In this document: in pieces, positions 31,168 through 41,359 of the stretch
How positions within the stretch are numbered: the first letter of the stretch is position 1
Layout of the letters: the number at the start of each line of letters is the position of its first letter
Assembly (NCBI GenBank): GCA_029881035.1
Contig: JAOUNI010000001.1
Location: forward strand, 95,504-159,503
Length of the DNA: 64,000 nucleotides
Direction of reading: 5' to 3'
Source: Gammaproteobacteria bacterium
Lineage (GTDB): Bacteria > Pseudomonadota > Gammaproteobacteria > SZUA-229
The notes under the pieces: model-generated
Database searches by the model: none
Told to the model about the DNA's origin: nothing
What the model saw: only the letters and a program-made list of their open reading frames with translations
Program-made: the position numbers and the translations under genes

Positions 31168-31195
31168 GGCTCATCTCCAAAGTAGTAAAAAGAAA

Positions 31196-31258
31196 TGAGC
31201 GCCGTTGTCTAGTTCTGAGCCTCGCGATGGTAGATTATCGCTGCAGCGCTCCTCAGAA
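31196..31258 (-). ncRNA. SAH riboswitch upstream of ahcY
   Basis: Minus strand UUCUGAG-GAGCGCUGC-A-GCGAU-(8 nt)-AUCGC-G-AGG-CUCAGAA-CUAGA-CAACGGCGCUCA. P1, P2 and the GAGCGCUG/CGGCGCUC pseudoknot match the SAH aptamer consensus, and the gene context is canonical. Confidence 0.9.
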
Positions 31259-31271
31259 AATTAGTAAGGGA

Positions 31272-32429
31272 TTATAGCTTAGCTGCGTCTTTTAGTGCAG
31301 CCGCTTTATCCGTTTTTTCCCAGGTAAAATCAGGTTCTTCTCGTCCAAAATGACCGTATGCAGCGGTATCACTGTATATGGGTCTCAACAAGTCAAGCAT
31401 TTGAATCAGGCCTTTTGGTTTCAGGTTGAAGTGCTCACGAACAAGTTGAACTATCCTGGCATCACTGATTTTTCCTGTGCCAAACGTTTGCACAGAAATT
31501 GAGGTGGGTTCAGCTACGCCAATGGCATAAGAAACCTGAATTTCACATTTGTCAGCCAGACCGGCAGCAACGATGTTCTTAGCGACGTAACGGCCCGCAT
31601 AGGCAGCAGAACGGTCAACTTTAGAAGGATCTTTGCCTGAGAAGGCGCCGCCACCGTGACGAGCCATGCCACCATAAGTATCAACGATGATCTTGCGACC
31701 GGTTAATCCACAATCACCCACAGGGCCGCCAATAACGAAGTTACCTGTTGGATTGATAAAAAATTTGGTGTCTTTATTGAGTAATTCAGCAGGTAAAATT
31801 GGCTTGATAATTTCGTCCATGACAGCTTCACGTAGGTCTTTCAAGCCGATTTCGGGATTATGTTGTGTAGAAAGAACAACTGCATCAATTCCAATGGGCT
31901 TGTCATTTTCGTAACGGAAAGTCACCTGACTTTTAGCATCAGGACGAAGCCACGAAAGAGTACCATTTTTGCGCACTTCTGCCTGACGTTTTACTAATTT
32001 ATGAGCATAAGTAATGGGTGCTGGCATAAGGACGTTAGTTTCATTGCTGGCATAACCAAACATCAGACCCTGATCACCAGCACCTTGCTCATGATCTTCT
32101 GATTCATTAACGCCCATGGCGATATCGGCGGATTGTTTGTCGATGGAAGTGATAACAGCGCAGGATTCCCAGTCGAAACCCATGTCTGAATGGTTGTAGC
32201 CAATGCGTTTCACGGTTTTACGGACGATATCCTGCATGTCGACCCAGGCTTCAGTCGTGATTTCACCAGCTAATATGACCATGCCAGTATTAACTAAGGT
32301 TTCGCAGGCAACGCGTGCTTTGGTGTCTTGCTCAAAAATGGCATCAAGTACGGCATCTGAGATTTGATCAGCGACCTTGTCTGGGTGGCCTTCAGAAACA
32401 GATTCTGAAGTAAATAAGTAGTCATTCAT
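31272..32429 (-). CDS. metK: S-adenosylmethionine synthetase
   Basis: [36 protein letters not shown]. Confidence 0.98.
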   Translation of the reverse strand: MNDYLFTSESVSEGHPDKVADQISDAVLDAIFEQDTKARVACETLVNTGMVILAGEITTEAWVDMQDIVRKTVKRIGYNHSDMGFDWESCAVITSIDKQSADIAMGVNESEDHEQGAGDQGLMFGYASNETNVLMPAPITYAHKLVKRQAEVRKNGTLSWLRPDAKSQVTFRYENDKPIGIDAVVLSTQHNPEIGLKDLREAVMDEIIKPILPAELLNKDTKFFINPTGNFVIGGPVGDCGLTGRKIIVDTYGGMARHGGGAFSGKDPSKVDRSAAYAGRYVAKNIVAAGLADKCEIQVSYAIGVAEPTSISVQTFGTGKISDARIVQLVREHFNLKPKGLIQMLDLLRPIYSDTAAYGHFGREEPDFTWEKTDKAAALKDAAKL

Positions 32430-32443
32430 ATTTTGTTACCTGC

Positions 32444-32481
32444 AATAAAAAACCCATAAAAGCACAGCTTCAACGGGTTTT
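32444..32481 (-). terminator. Intrinsic terminator (attenuator) in the metK leader
   Basis: Minus strand AAAACCCGUUGAAGC-UGU-GCUUUUAUGGGUUUUUUAUU, ending about 15 nt before the metK ATG. Confidence 0.75.
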
Positions 32482-32503
32482 GATATTCTAGGTAGATCAA
32501 AAT

Positions 32504-32555
32504 TCGCTTTAGCTGTATTTATAAAGCGCCCGCAATCTGAGTCAAATTGGCGCTT
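32504..32555 (-). ncRNA. SAM-II (SAM-alpha class) riboswitch aptamer upstream of metK
   Basis: Minus strand AAGCGCC-AAUUUGA-CUCAGA-UUGCG-GGCGCUU-UAUAAAUACAGCUAAAGCG: 7-bp P1, AUUU loop, UUGCG and AAAU-N-CAGCUAAAG, matching the SAM-II pseudoknot consensus. Confidence 0.82.
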
Positions 32556-32565
32556 GAGGTTGGTC

Positions 32566-32593
32566 ATTATCCACCAAATTGCATACTTGTCAA
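32566..32593 (-). promoter_or_regulatory. Sigma70-type promoter for the metK leader
   Basis: Minus strand TTGACA-N16-GATAAT; the predicted start site falls just 5' of the aptamer P1. Confidence 0.65.
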
Positions 32594-32611
32594 CATGCTG
32601 GTTGTATGGCT

Positions 32612-34351
32612 TTAGCGGGTAAATAACGCTTTATATTCCCCTAATTCAGTTTCGTTCAGGCCAGTTTCCTGTAATTTTTTTTCGAGAATTTCATAACGAT
32701 GATCATTATTTTTATCAATTAGATTTTTTATGGTATCAACTAGAACATTTTTAGTATTTTGAGGATCATCACTGCCGACAATGTTTCGTTGCATCATTTT
32801 TTGTAAGGCAGAAAAATTATTATTATCACGCCAACGTTCTAATAAAGCAGAAGGAGTAATTTCAGGGTGGCTTTGAATTAGCTTATGTATTTCATATAAC
32901 AGAGGTAGACCTTGTATCGCAGAATCCTTAAAACTATCAGGAATATGTACTTCGAAGGCAAGCTTTGGAGATTGTAATAATAAGGCTATAGCATCGCGAG
33001 TTGCGTTCTGTTTTATTTCGCGATTTGATTTTGGTTTTGATGAAACTATAACAGTATTGTTTACAGTCGCTGAGAGCTGGAGTTTGCTTGCGTTGAGACC
33101 TGTGCGTGAAGCAAGCTCCTGATAGAGTAAATCTTTGAATACGCTTTCTGGAAGTTTACTTAATAAAGGCCGGGCTTTTTCCGTGAGTGAGGACTTTCCT
33201 TCAGAAGTATTTACATTAATATTTTCTGAAAGTCGTTCGAATAAAAACTCAGAAAGAGGCTTTGCGCTGGTGAGTCGTTGCTCGAAATTTTTTTTACCTT
33301 CTTTTCGGATCATTGAATCGGGATCTTCACCTTCGGGTAGAAAAAGAAATTTTGCTTCAAATCCATCACGCAACAAGGGCAGGGCATTTTCCAAAGCGCG
33401 CCATGCCGCTTTTATGCCTGCTTGATCGCCATCGTAGCAGAAGATGACGGTTCTAACTGTGCGGAATGCGCGCTGCAATTGTTCACTGGTGGTGGCTGTG
33501 CCTAATGAAGCAATGGCATAGTTGACACCGTGTTGTGCTAGTGCAACCACATCCATGTAACCTTCAACAATGATGAGTTGTTCGAGGTTACGAACCGCTT
33601 TGCGAGCTTCGTACAAGCCATACAATTCCTGGCCCTTGTGGAAAACTGCATTCTCCGGAGAGTTTAGATATTTGGGCTCACCCTGGTCGATAACGCGGCC
33701 GCCGAAACCAATAATAAGACCACGACGGTCAGTAATGGGGAATATAATACGATCGCGGAAACGATCATATTGTTTATCATTTTCATTAATAACTAACAGA
33801 CCGGTTGCAATTAATGCATCGATGGTGTTTTTGTCAGTGCCCAGATGATCGGTTAAAAAGTTCCAGCCTTCAGGGGCGTAACCAATTTGATAGGCTTTAG
33901 CGACCTCTCCAGTTAAGCCGCGTTGCTGCAGATATTGAATGGCCTTGTTTGAGGTCTTTAGCTGTTGCTTGAAGAGTACGGAAACTTTTTCGAGAATATC
34001 GTATAGCGGTTGTTTGTCATCTTTGCTGTTTGTAGAACTAAAGTGAGTGTTCTCTCTGGGTACTTCAAGGTTATATTCAGTGGCGAGTGCTTCGACAGCA
34101 TCTACAAAGTCCAGGTTTTCGTATTCCATGATAAAGCCCAGTGCCGTACCATGAGCGCCGCAGCCAAAGCAGTGGTAAAACTGTTTACTATCGCTGACGG
34201 TAAACGAAGGGGTCTTTTCATTATGAAAAGGACAGCAGGCGGTGTATTCCTTACCTTTTTTTCTGAGTGGCACACGAGCATTAATGACCTCAATAATATC
34301 TGCACGAGATATTAGGTCATCGATGAAGTTTTGTGGAATACGGCCTGCCAT
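32612..34351 (-). CDS. dnaG: DNA primase
   Basis: MAGRIPQ start, zinc finger CPFHNEKTPSF...CFGC, PKYLNSPE, TOPRIM VEGYMDV and YDGD. Confidence 0.97.
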   Translation of the reverse strand: MAGRIPQNFIDDLISRADIIEVINARVPLRKKGKEYTACCPFHNEKTPSFTVSDSKQFYHCFGCGAHGTALGFIMEYENLDFVDAVEALATEYNLEVPRENTHFSSTNSKDDKQPLYDILEKVSVLFKQQLKTSNKAIQYLQQRGLTGEVAKAYQIGYAPEGWNFLTDHLGTDKNTIDALIATGLLVINENDKQYDRFRDRIIFPITDRRGLIIGFGGRVIDQGEPKYLNSPENAVFHKGQELYGLYEARKAVRNLEQLIIVEGYMDVVALAQHGVNYAIASLGTATTSEQLQRAFRTVRTVIFCYDGDQAGIKAAWRALENALPLLRDGFEAKFLFLPEGEDPDSMIRKEGKKNFEQRLTSAKPLSEFLFERLSENINVNTSEGKSSLTEKARPLLSKLPESVFKDLLYQELASRTGLNASKLQLSATVNNTVIVSSKPKSNREIKQNATRDAIALLLQSPKLAFEVHIPDSFKDSAIQGLPLLYEIHKLIQSHPEITPSALLERWRDNNNFSALQKMMQRNIVGSDDPQNTKNVLVDTIKNLIDKNNDHRYEILEKKLQETGLNETELGEYKALFTR

Positions 34352-34386
34352 ATACAATAAAAAATTACTTGATGTAACTTATGTGA

Positions 34387-35571
34387 TTAAGGAATTAAAT
34401 TTACGAATGATAATTGTCTTGGGTTAAAAATCCGCTCATATTCAACAATGGCATAACGATCTGTCATGCCAGCGATATAGTCGGAAATACCACGTGCCAT
34501 GCCTTCCTGAGGGTTATTTTTTTCCAGCTGTTTGCAATGTTCAAGTGCTTCAGTTGGCAAGATACGAGGGTCATTCATAAAGGCTTCAAACAGTGCATCA
34601 ATAATGGCACAGGCTTTCATGCTCATTCTATGTACACGATAATGCTGATATAAGTTTGTCCGCAAGAACTGTTTAAGTTCTAATTTCTGTTCACACATGG
34701 ATTCACTGAAAGCCATTAGTGGTTTAGTTTGGTTACGAATATCATCAATGCTTTCTGGTTTGGCATTCTCAATATTGTTGCGTGAAGTATCAATTAAATC
34801 AACTACCATGACATTAATCATGCGCCGAATAATTTCATGAATTAGATGGCGATCATTTAAGTTTGTATAGCGTTTGATAACGATATCATGCTGGCGTCTA
34901 AATAATTCGATCTTTAGTAAGTTGTTAACGCTGATTAGTCCATAACGTAAACCATCGTCCACATCGTGGTTGTTGTATGCGGTCTCATCTGCCAGGTCCG
35001 TGAGTTGTGCTTCAAGGCTGGGCTGAGTTTTATCTAGAAAACGCCTTCCCACGGAGCCCAGTAGTTTCGCGTTATTTTGTGAGCAATGCTTGAGTATGCC
35101 TTCGCGAGTTTCGAAAGTTAGATTGAGACCGGCGAAATCAGCGTATTTTTGTTCCAGTTTATCGACTACGCGTAGTGACTGTAAATTATGCTCAAAACCA
35201 CCATAGTCTTTCATGCATTGATTGAGTGCAGTTTGCCCAGCATGGCCAAATGGTGTGTGACCAAGATCATGTGAAAGTGCTATCGCTTCTGCCAGGTCCT
35301 CATGCAGGCCAAGTTCGCGTGCAATACTACGAGCGATCTGAGCAACTTCCAGTGAATGTGTTAAACGAGTACGAAATAAATCTCCTTCATGATTTACAAA
35401 AACCTGAGTTTTGTATTCAAGTCGACGGAATGCCGCCGAGTGGATAATACGGTCACGGTCTCTTTGATAATTATTTCTGTATATCGGTGTTTCTTCATTG
35501 AATAAACGCCCCAGTGATTTTTTATCGTTGCACGCATAAGGGGTGAGAATGCCAGAATAATTTTTATCCAT
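34387..35571 (-). CDS. dgt: dGTP triphosphohydrolase-like HD protein
   Basis: [51 protein letters not shown]. Confidence 0.93.
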   Translation of the reverse strand: MDKNYSGILTPYACNDKKSLGRLFNEETPIYRNNYQRDRDRIIHSAAFRRLEYKTQVFVNHEGDLFRTRLTHSLEVAQIARSIARELGLHEDLAEAIALSHDLGHTPFGHAGQTALNQCMKDYGGFEHNLQSLRVVDKLEQKYADFAGLNLTFETREGILKHCSQNNAKLLGSVGRRFLDKTQPSLEAQLTDLADETAYNNHDVDDGLRYGLISVNNLLKIELFRRQHDIVIKRYTNLNDRHLIHEIIRRMINVMVVDLIDTSRNNIENAKPESIDDIRNQTKPLMAFSESMCEQKLELKQFLRTNLYQHYRVHRMSMKACAIIDALFEAFMNDPRILPTEALEHCKQLEKNNPQEGMARGISDYIAGMTDRYAIVEYERIFNPRQLSFVNLIP

Positions 35572-35590
35572 GAGAACGTATTAATTAAGT

Positions 35591-36682
35591 TTAATTCGTA
35601 TAGCCGAGGCGTATGGCTTTTCTGAGTTGGTCTTTGCTGTAATCACTACTAATGACAGCATGACCGATGTTTTTCAGTAAAACAAGACGAAGCACGCCAT
35701 CTAATACTTTTTTATCCACTGACATCAAATCAAGAAACTGTTCTTCACTTATGTTATGTGGAGCTGTCGTGGGCAGTTTGGCATGTTGTATAATGGCAAT
35801 AGTTTTTGCTACTTGGTTTTCGTCTAGCCAGCCTAATAAAGCTGACATTTTTGCGGCCATACACATGCCAACACCAACAGCCTCACCGTGTAACCATTGG
35901 CCGTAACCCATGCCGGTTTCGATGGCGTGGCCAAAGGTATGGCCGAGATTGAGCAGGGCACGTTGACCACTTTCTTTTTCATCAGCGGCCACAACATTAG
36001 CTTTAATTTTGCAGGAAACTTCAATGGCATAAGCCAGTGCCTGATGGTCACGACGTAGCAGTGCATCCATATTTTGATCGATCCATTCAAAAAAATCGGC
36101 GTCCTTGATCAGGCCATACTTAATCACTTCAGCGAGTCCAGCGCTCAATTGGCGATCATCCAAAGTATCTAATGTACTGGTATCGGCGATGACGGCGCGT
36201 GGCTGATAGAACGCACCAATCATATTTTTTCCAAGTGGGTGATTGACGCCAGTTTTTCCGCCGACTGAAGAATCAACCTGAGACAGTAATGTTGTAGGTA
36301 TTTGAACCAGATGTACACCACGTTGATAACTGGCCGCCGCAAAGCCCGCCATGTCACCGACCACACCACCACCGAGGGCAATTATCGTGGTGTTACGGTC
36401 AAGACGGTGGGTTAATAGAGCGTCAAAAATAGTATTGAGCACGTCGAGATTTTTATACTGTTCACCGTCAGGCAAGATCACGCTTTCATGGCGGATGCCA
36501 GTAAGCAGGGCTTCAACTTTCTTTAAGTATAGGGGTGCCACAGTTTCATTGCTGACAATCAAAGCACTGTTGCCGGGAATATGCTTTTTCAGAATATCGG
36601 CATGATCGAGCAGATTTTGGCCAATATAAATTGGGTAGCTACGGTCACCCAGATTAACCTTAAGTGTGGAGTATTCAGACAT
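35591..36682 (-). CDS. aroB: 3-dehydroquinate synthase
   Basis: [38 protein letters not shown]. Confidence 0.97.
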   Translation of the reverse strand: MSEYSTLKVNLGDRSYPIYIGQNLLDHADILKKHIPGNSALIVSNETVAPLYLKKVEALLTGIRHESVILPDGEQYKNLDVLNTIFDALLTHRLDRNTTIIALGGGVVGDMAGFAAASYQRGVHLVQIPTTLLSQVDSSVGGKTGVNHPLGKNMIGAFYQPRAVIADTSTLDTLDDRQLSAGLAEVIKYGLIKDADFFEWIDQNMDALLRRDHQALAYAIEVSCKIKANVVAADEKESGQRALLNLGHTFGHAIETGMGYGQWLHGEAVGVGMCMAAKMSALLGWLDENQVAKTIAIIQHAKLPTTAPHNISEEQFLDLMSVDKKVLDGVLRLVLLKNIGHAVISSDYSKDQLRKAIRLGYTN

Positions 36683-36700
36683 GGTATTTCTTAGTGGTTT

Positions 36701-37225
36701 CTATTCGGAACTGTGTAGGTGTCCAATAATAACTTGTATTACGTGACGTAGCGAGTCATTGCTGGTGTCAACAATATAATCAGCCGTTTCTCGATATAAA
36801 GGATCACGTTGTTCGATCAGGCGGGTAAGAATGACCTCGGGCGTTTCCTCGCCATGTAACAAAGGACGATTTTTATCTTTGTGTGTTCGCTCGAGCAAGG
36901 AGTCCAGATCACTGCTCAAATAAAACACTGTGCCGCGTGACTTCAGATGCTGGCGGTTATTTTCATCTAAAACTGCACCACCACCTGTGGCCAGTAAAAT
37001 GTGATTTTTCTGGGTAAATTCATCAATAACAGCACTTTCGCGTTGGCGGAATCCTGCTTCACCCTCTTTTTCAAAAATCAGCGGGATATCAACCCCGGTT
37101 CTTTCTTCAATAATGCGGTCGCTATCGTAAAAATCCATATTCAGCCGACGTGCTAGCTGGCGGCCAATGGTGGTTTTGCCTGCCCCCATAGGGCCAATGA
37201 GGAAGATGTTTGTTTGTTTGATCAT
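36701..37225 (-). CDS. aroK: Shikimate kinase
   Basis: GPMGAGKTTIG, EGEAGFR, ATGGG, RPLL. Confidence 0.97.
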   Translation of the reverse strand: MIKQTNIFLIGPMGAGKTTIGRQLARRLNMDFYDSDRIIEERTGVDIPLIFEKEGEAGFRQRESAVIDEFTQKNHILLATGGGAVLDENNRQHLKSRGTVFYLSSDLDSLLERTHKDKNRPLLHGEETPEVILTRLIEQRDPLYRETADYIVDTSNDSLRHVIQVIIGHLHSSE

Positions 37226-37295
37226 AGCTGCTAAAGCCTAGCTTTTCATGTGGATAGAAGCAACTAACAGTAAGGGTTAATTTTTATATGCGTAA

Positions 37296-37329
37296 ATAAA
37301 AGAAGCGACATTTTAGTCGCTTCTTTTAT
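37296..37329 (-). terminator. Intrinsic terminator after pilQ
   Basis: Perfect 14-bp stem ataaaagaagcgac / gtcgcttcttttat with a 6-nt loop and A/T-rich ends. Confidence 0.8.
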
Positions 37330-37355
37330 GTGTGACGATTGTTTCTGGATCAAAG

Positions 37356-39560
37356 TTACAAAGATAGAGACTCCTTAAGAATCTTAGGCGTAACGAATAT
37401 CAGTAGCTCAGCTTTTGAGTCGCTTTCCAGTGTATGCCTGAATAAAAAGCCTAGCAGAGGGATATCACCCAACAGTGGTATTTTATCCACTTCTCTACCC
37501 TTGATCTGTTCGTAAATGCCGCCCAGTACAATGGTATCACCATTGTTAACAAGAACCTGAGTTTGTACTTCACGAGTATCAATACTTGGGATGCCTACAA
37601 ATACTTCACCGACGGAGTCTTTGTTTACGGTTAAGTCCATAATAATTCTGTCATCTGGAGTAATCTGAGGTGTGACTTTAATACTCAATACGGCTTTTTT
37701 GAATTCAACCGTTGTGGCACCGGCAGATGAAGCAGTCAGGTATGGGATTTCAACACCCTGTTCAATAAAGGCTTCATGTCTGTCCGCAGTAACAACGCGT
37801 GGGCTGGAAATAACTTCACCCTTATTCTCGCTTTGCATGGCAGATATTTCCAGATCAACCAGTGAGCCGCCTTTTAGTACTGAAAAGGCGATAGCTCCGG
37901 CATTTGTACCAACAACTGGTAAATTTACGCCCAGGCGGCCATTGATTGAGGGATGGCTAAGGGTGCCTGCAGAGCCTGTAGCTGCGATATTTGTTATGGC
38001 TTCGTCAGTAACGGTACTGGTACCAAATATGTTACCTTGAACAGTGGTTACACCACTGGTGCCGCTTCTCTTGATGCCGCTGACACCAAATCTTGCGCCA
38101 AGTTCTTTCGAGAAGTCGTCCTGGGCGATGACGATTCGTGAGCCAATAAGGACCTGACGAATAGGTACGTCTAGCTGATTGAGGATTCGACGTATTTCAC
38201 TGATAACCTCATCGGTATCTTTTACTATCAAAGTATTAGTACGTTCATCAATGATAACGCTGCCGCGAGATGACAATAAGCTACCGCCAGCGTTTTCACC
38301 TTCGCCTCCTTCGCTAGTGAACAGTGTCTTTAATTCAGTAACTTTTGCAAAATTGACGGTAAAGAAAACACTACGTAATGGTGCAAGATCTGTAATGGCC
38401 TGAGAAGCTTCCAGGTCAATTTTCTCCTGGGCTGCAATTTCTTCACTAGGAGCAACTAACATGACATTACCTGATTCACGTTTGGATAATCCTTTGGCCT
38501 TCAGGATAATATCTAGTGCTTGATCCCAGGGAACATTTTTCAATCGTAAAGTAAGATTACCATCGACCGAGTCACTAACCACGACATTTAGCCCTGTGAA
38601 GTCAGCAATAAGCTGTAGTACCGCACGTACAGGAATATCCTGGAAGTTGAGTGATAAACGTTCCCCAGTGTAACCAAATTTTGCTTTGTTTTGATCTTCC
38701 AGTTCTTCTTTAGAGATAGGCTTGAGTTCTATAGTGAAAATGTTATCTGTCTGATAGGCGACATGTTCATAATCTCTACTTGCGGGTTCGATTTCGATGC
38801 GTACATCATCATCTTTCTTGAAGCTGCTAATAGATTTTACGGGTGTCGCAAAGTCAAGAACATCCAGTGATTGATGTAGATTATCAGGAAGGTTAGAGCC
38901 TAAGAATTTGACGATGACTTTGCCAAACTCTTCAGTGATGTCCATAGGAATGTTATTTTGTGTGAGTGTAATGATGACTCTACCTTCACCTTTTTCACCA
39001 CGACGAAAATCAACATTTTTGACGCCTTTTTTAAAGTCAGAAAATCTTGCTGCTTCGTTTGTTTCTGCTACATCACTTGATGATGCATCTGATGGACCAG
39101 TCAAATTTGTGCCTGTAGCATCACTATCTAACGTGATTAATACGGAGTTACCTTTTGTGTTGACCTGATAAGGAATAACCTCTGTTAAATTTAATATTAC
39201 ACGTGTTCGATCTTTGGCGCTGATCGTAGTTATAGACTGTGCAATGCCGATTCCAATTGGTTGTTGCTTTTTAGGTAAAGAGCTACCAGTATTTGCAAAA
39301 TCAAATGCGATACGTGCAGGGTTATCGATAGTGAAGCTTAATGGCTTGACAGCTTCCTGGCTCATTTCCAATATAACTTGTACACGATTGCCTGGCAGCG
39401 TGTTGTATTGGACGGATTCGATCATGTTCTGGTTAGCTGACGCGGATGTGCTGCTTAAACAGAAAAATAATGTCAGAAACGTAAATAATTTATGCGTTCC
39501 GTAAAGAGCATTAAGCTTGTTATGATTTTTGGTTTTTGTTATTTTCATGTCTTGCTCCAC
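37356..39560 (-). CDS. pilQ: Type IV pilus secretin PilQ
   Basis: AMIN domains, YTGERLSLNFQDI, VPWDQALDI, IPLLGDIPLLGFLF. Confidence 0.96.
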   Translation of the reverse strand: MEQDMKITKTKNHNKLNALYGTHKLFTFLTLFFCLSSTSASANQNMIESVQYNTLPGNRVQVILEMSQEAVKPLSFTIDNPARIAFDFANTGSSLPKKQQPIGIGIAQSITTISAKDRTRVILNLTEVIPYQVNTKGNSVLITLDSDATGTNLTGPSDASSSDVAETNEAARFSDFKKGVKNVDFRRGEKGEGRVIITLTQNNIPMDITEEFGKVIVKFLGSNLPDNLHQSLDVLDFATPVKSISSFKKDDDVRIEIEPASRDYEHVAYQTDNIFTIELKPISKEELEDQNKAKFGYTGERLSLNFQDIPVRAVLQLIADFTGLNVVVSDSVDGNLTLRLKNVPWDQALDIILKAKGLSKRESGNVMLVAPSEEIAAQEKIDLEASQAITDLAPLRSVFFTVNFAKVTELKTLFTSEGGEGENAGGSLLSSRGSVIIDERTNTLIVKDTDEVISEIRRILNQLDVPIRQVLIGSRIVIAQDDFSKELGARFGVSGIKRSGTSGVTTVQGNIFGTSTVTDEAITNIAATGSAGTLSHPSINGRLGVNLPVVGTNAGAIAFSVLKGGSLVDLEISAMQSENKGEVISSPRVVTADRHEAFIEQGVEIPYLTASSAGATTVEFKKAVLSIKVTPQITPDDRIIMDLTVNKDSVGEVFVGIPSIDTREVQTQVLVNNGDTIVLGGIYEQIKGREVDKIPLLGDIPLLGFLFRHTLESDSKAELLIFVTPKILKESLSL

Positions 39561-39563
39561 GCG

Positions 39564-40100
39564 TTATTCATTTCCGACGGCTATTGATGCGTCACGCTCA
39601 ACATAGCCACCGACACCATCTGGTACTATTTCCACCAGATAAATACTAGTTTCTGTTATACCGGTAACACGGCCTTCATTTTGTCCCATGTAGTCACCCA
39701 GCTTTACTTTATGCACTACGTTTTGAGGGTCTTTGATAAGTCCCCATGAATTATCATTCTGTTCCAGTGTGCCGACCATAGATAATGTATCAAGAGGAAA
39801 AACTTCAAGTTGTTGTTTGGGTCGGTCCGTTTCAGGATGTAAAGAATTTTTTACTGTGCCAGGGTCTTCGGCAAGATCAATAGCAGCCACAAATGGGTCA
39901 CGGAGATCGTTTGCAGAATAGGCGAAACTTTGATAGGGCCTGAATTGCGGTATTGGACGTACACTACCAACACCAGATGCTTTAGTCTGTGCTATGAAGT
40001 CTTGCAAATCATTTATATCTTTACTACAGGCGGTTACCGCTAGAGCAAGGGCGGGAAGAGTCAGAATGATTCGGTTGATTCTATATGATGTCATCTTCAT
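39564..40100 (-). CDS. pilP: Type IV pilus lipoprotein PilP
   Basis: Lipobox VTAC, LRDPF, LEVFPLDTLSMVGTL, YMGQNEG. Confidence 0.94.
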   Translation of the reverse strand: MKMTSYRINRIILTLPALALAVTACSKDINDLQDFIAQTKASGVGSVRPIPQFRPYQSFAYSANDLRDPFVAAIDLAEDPGTVKNSLHPETDRPKQQLEVFPLDTLSMVGTLEQNDNSWGLIKDPQNVVHKVKLGDYMGQNEGRVTGITETSIYLVEIVPDGVGGYVERDASIAVGNE

Positions 40101-40109
40101 TTTTGTTCC

Positions 40110-40796
40110 TTAGCCCTTCTTTTTTCCCGAACTTTTTTTCTTTTTGCCGGAGCCGGCTTTTTTCTTTTTTGCCGAGACTACATTTTCAGTTACTGCAGAT
40201 TCATCAAGATATTGATAGGTAACTGCGGTAATATCCATTACCAGTTTTATACCACTGTCTTTTCCGGCAGGCTCAATAGTAATGTCCTGTAATGTAACGA
40301 TACGTGGTAATGCAGCAACACCGCTGACAAATGCAGCAAACTCATGGTAGTGACCGGTTACTTTTAATTTAATGGGGTATTCTGCATAGAACTCTTTGGG
40401 GCTTAAACCTTCTGGTTTGAAATACTCTATTTCTAAACCACTTGAAATGCCGGTTTGTGATATATCAGTTAATAATGTTTCTATTTCTGTGCTATTGGGT
40501 AATTGACGTAATAAGGCTCCAAAAGATGTCCGCATTTCTTCAAGTTGTTGCTTATAGGCGTCAAGATTGACAGCTTTAGCATGTTTTTCTGAAAACGTTT
40601 GTCTTAAAGTGAGCTCTTCATTTTCTATTTTTTTAAGATTATCTAATTGTTTGGTTGTATCAAGAAAATAACCTGCAGCAGCAACGGCAATGCAGGCAAT
40701 TACAATAAGTACTGCTTTGACAGGCATGGGGGCCATGCCTATTTTCTTGATATCATTTACATCGATATTATTAAGATCGATTTCAGAAAGATTCAT
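40110..40796 (-). CDS. pilO: Type IV pilus alignment protein PilO
   Basis: LLRQLP, EFYAEYPI, VAALPRIVTL; Lys-rich C-terminal tail. Confidence 0.94.
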   Translation of the reverse strand: MNLSEIDLNNIDVNDIKKIGMAPMPVKAVLIVIACIAVAAAGYFLDTTKQLDNLKKIENEELTLRQTFSEKHAKAVNLDAYKQQLEEMRTSFGALLRQLPNSTEIETLLTDISQTGISSGLEIEYFKPEGLSPKEFYAEYPIKLKVTGHYHEFAAFVSGVAALPRIVTLQDITIEPAGKDSGIKLVMDITAVTYQYLDESAVTENVVSAKKKKAGSGKKKKSSGKKKG

Positions 40797-41359
40797 TAGC
40801 TGCCTTCTCCGTCTTCATCTTGGGGAGAAGACTGGGATGTGGTTAATACAAAATTACTACTTCTCAATGTACCTTTTTTGGTTTCAATAACGGTTAATTT
40901 AGGTGTGGCCATCCAGGGGGAAATATCAATGTTCCTCATGTATGCTGAAACACGGCCATTGGATTCAGCGACACCGTTAATGGTTAGGCTTTGTCCGTTT
41001 TGTTTGATGCTGGTGAGGTAAATGCCTTCAGGCACAGTTCTGACAAATTCATCAAATAAATGGACAATTTGCGGACGTTTCTGTTGTAGCGATTGAATAA
41101 CTTCCATACGGGATAGTAATTCCTGTTTGGTATCTTCCAGAGCATCAATTTCTTTTAATGCAAGATCTAGTGCGGAAATTTCTTTTTTTAGCATTTCGTT
41201 ACGAAATTGTTGATGGTCAATTTGTCCGGCGATATTTAAGTGTACAAGTGCAACGATAGCTACCGTCAGGAAGGCAAACAACCCTAGCATAGTTACAAAT
41301 TGCCGGGTTTGTTCCGCGCGTAACTCTTCACGCCAGGGTAATAAGTTTATTTTTGCCAT
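40796..41359 (-). CDS. pilN: Type IV pilus alignment protein PilN
   Basis: INLLPWR motif, AESNGRVSAYMRN. Confidence 0.95.
   Translation of the reverse strand: MAKINLLPWREELRAEQTRQFVTMLGLFAFLTVAIVALVHLNIAGQIDHQQFRNEMLKKEISALDLALKEIDALEDTKQELLSRMEVIQSLQQKRPQIVHLFDEFVRTVPEGIYLTSIKQNGQSLTINGVAESNGRVSAYMRNIDISPWMATPKLTVIETKKGTLRSSNFVLTTSQSSPQDEDGEGS

Noticed and set aside
34387-35571. dgt as an antiphage dGTPase
   Set aside because: It looks like the housekeeping type and follows aroB, with no defence-island neighbours.
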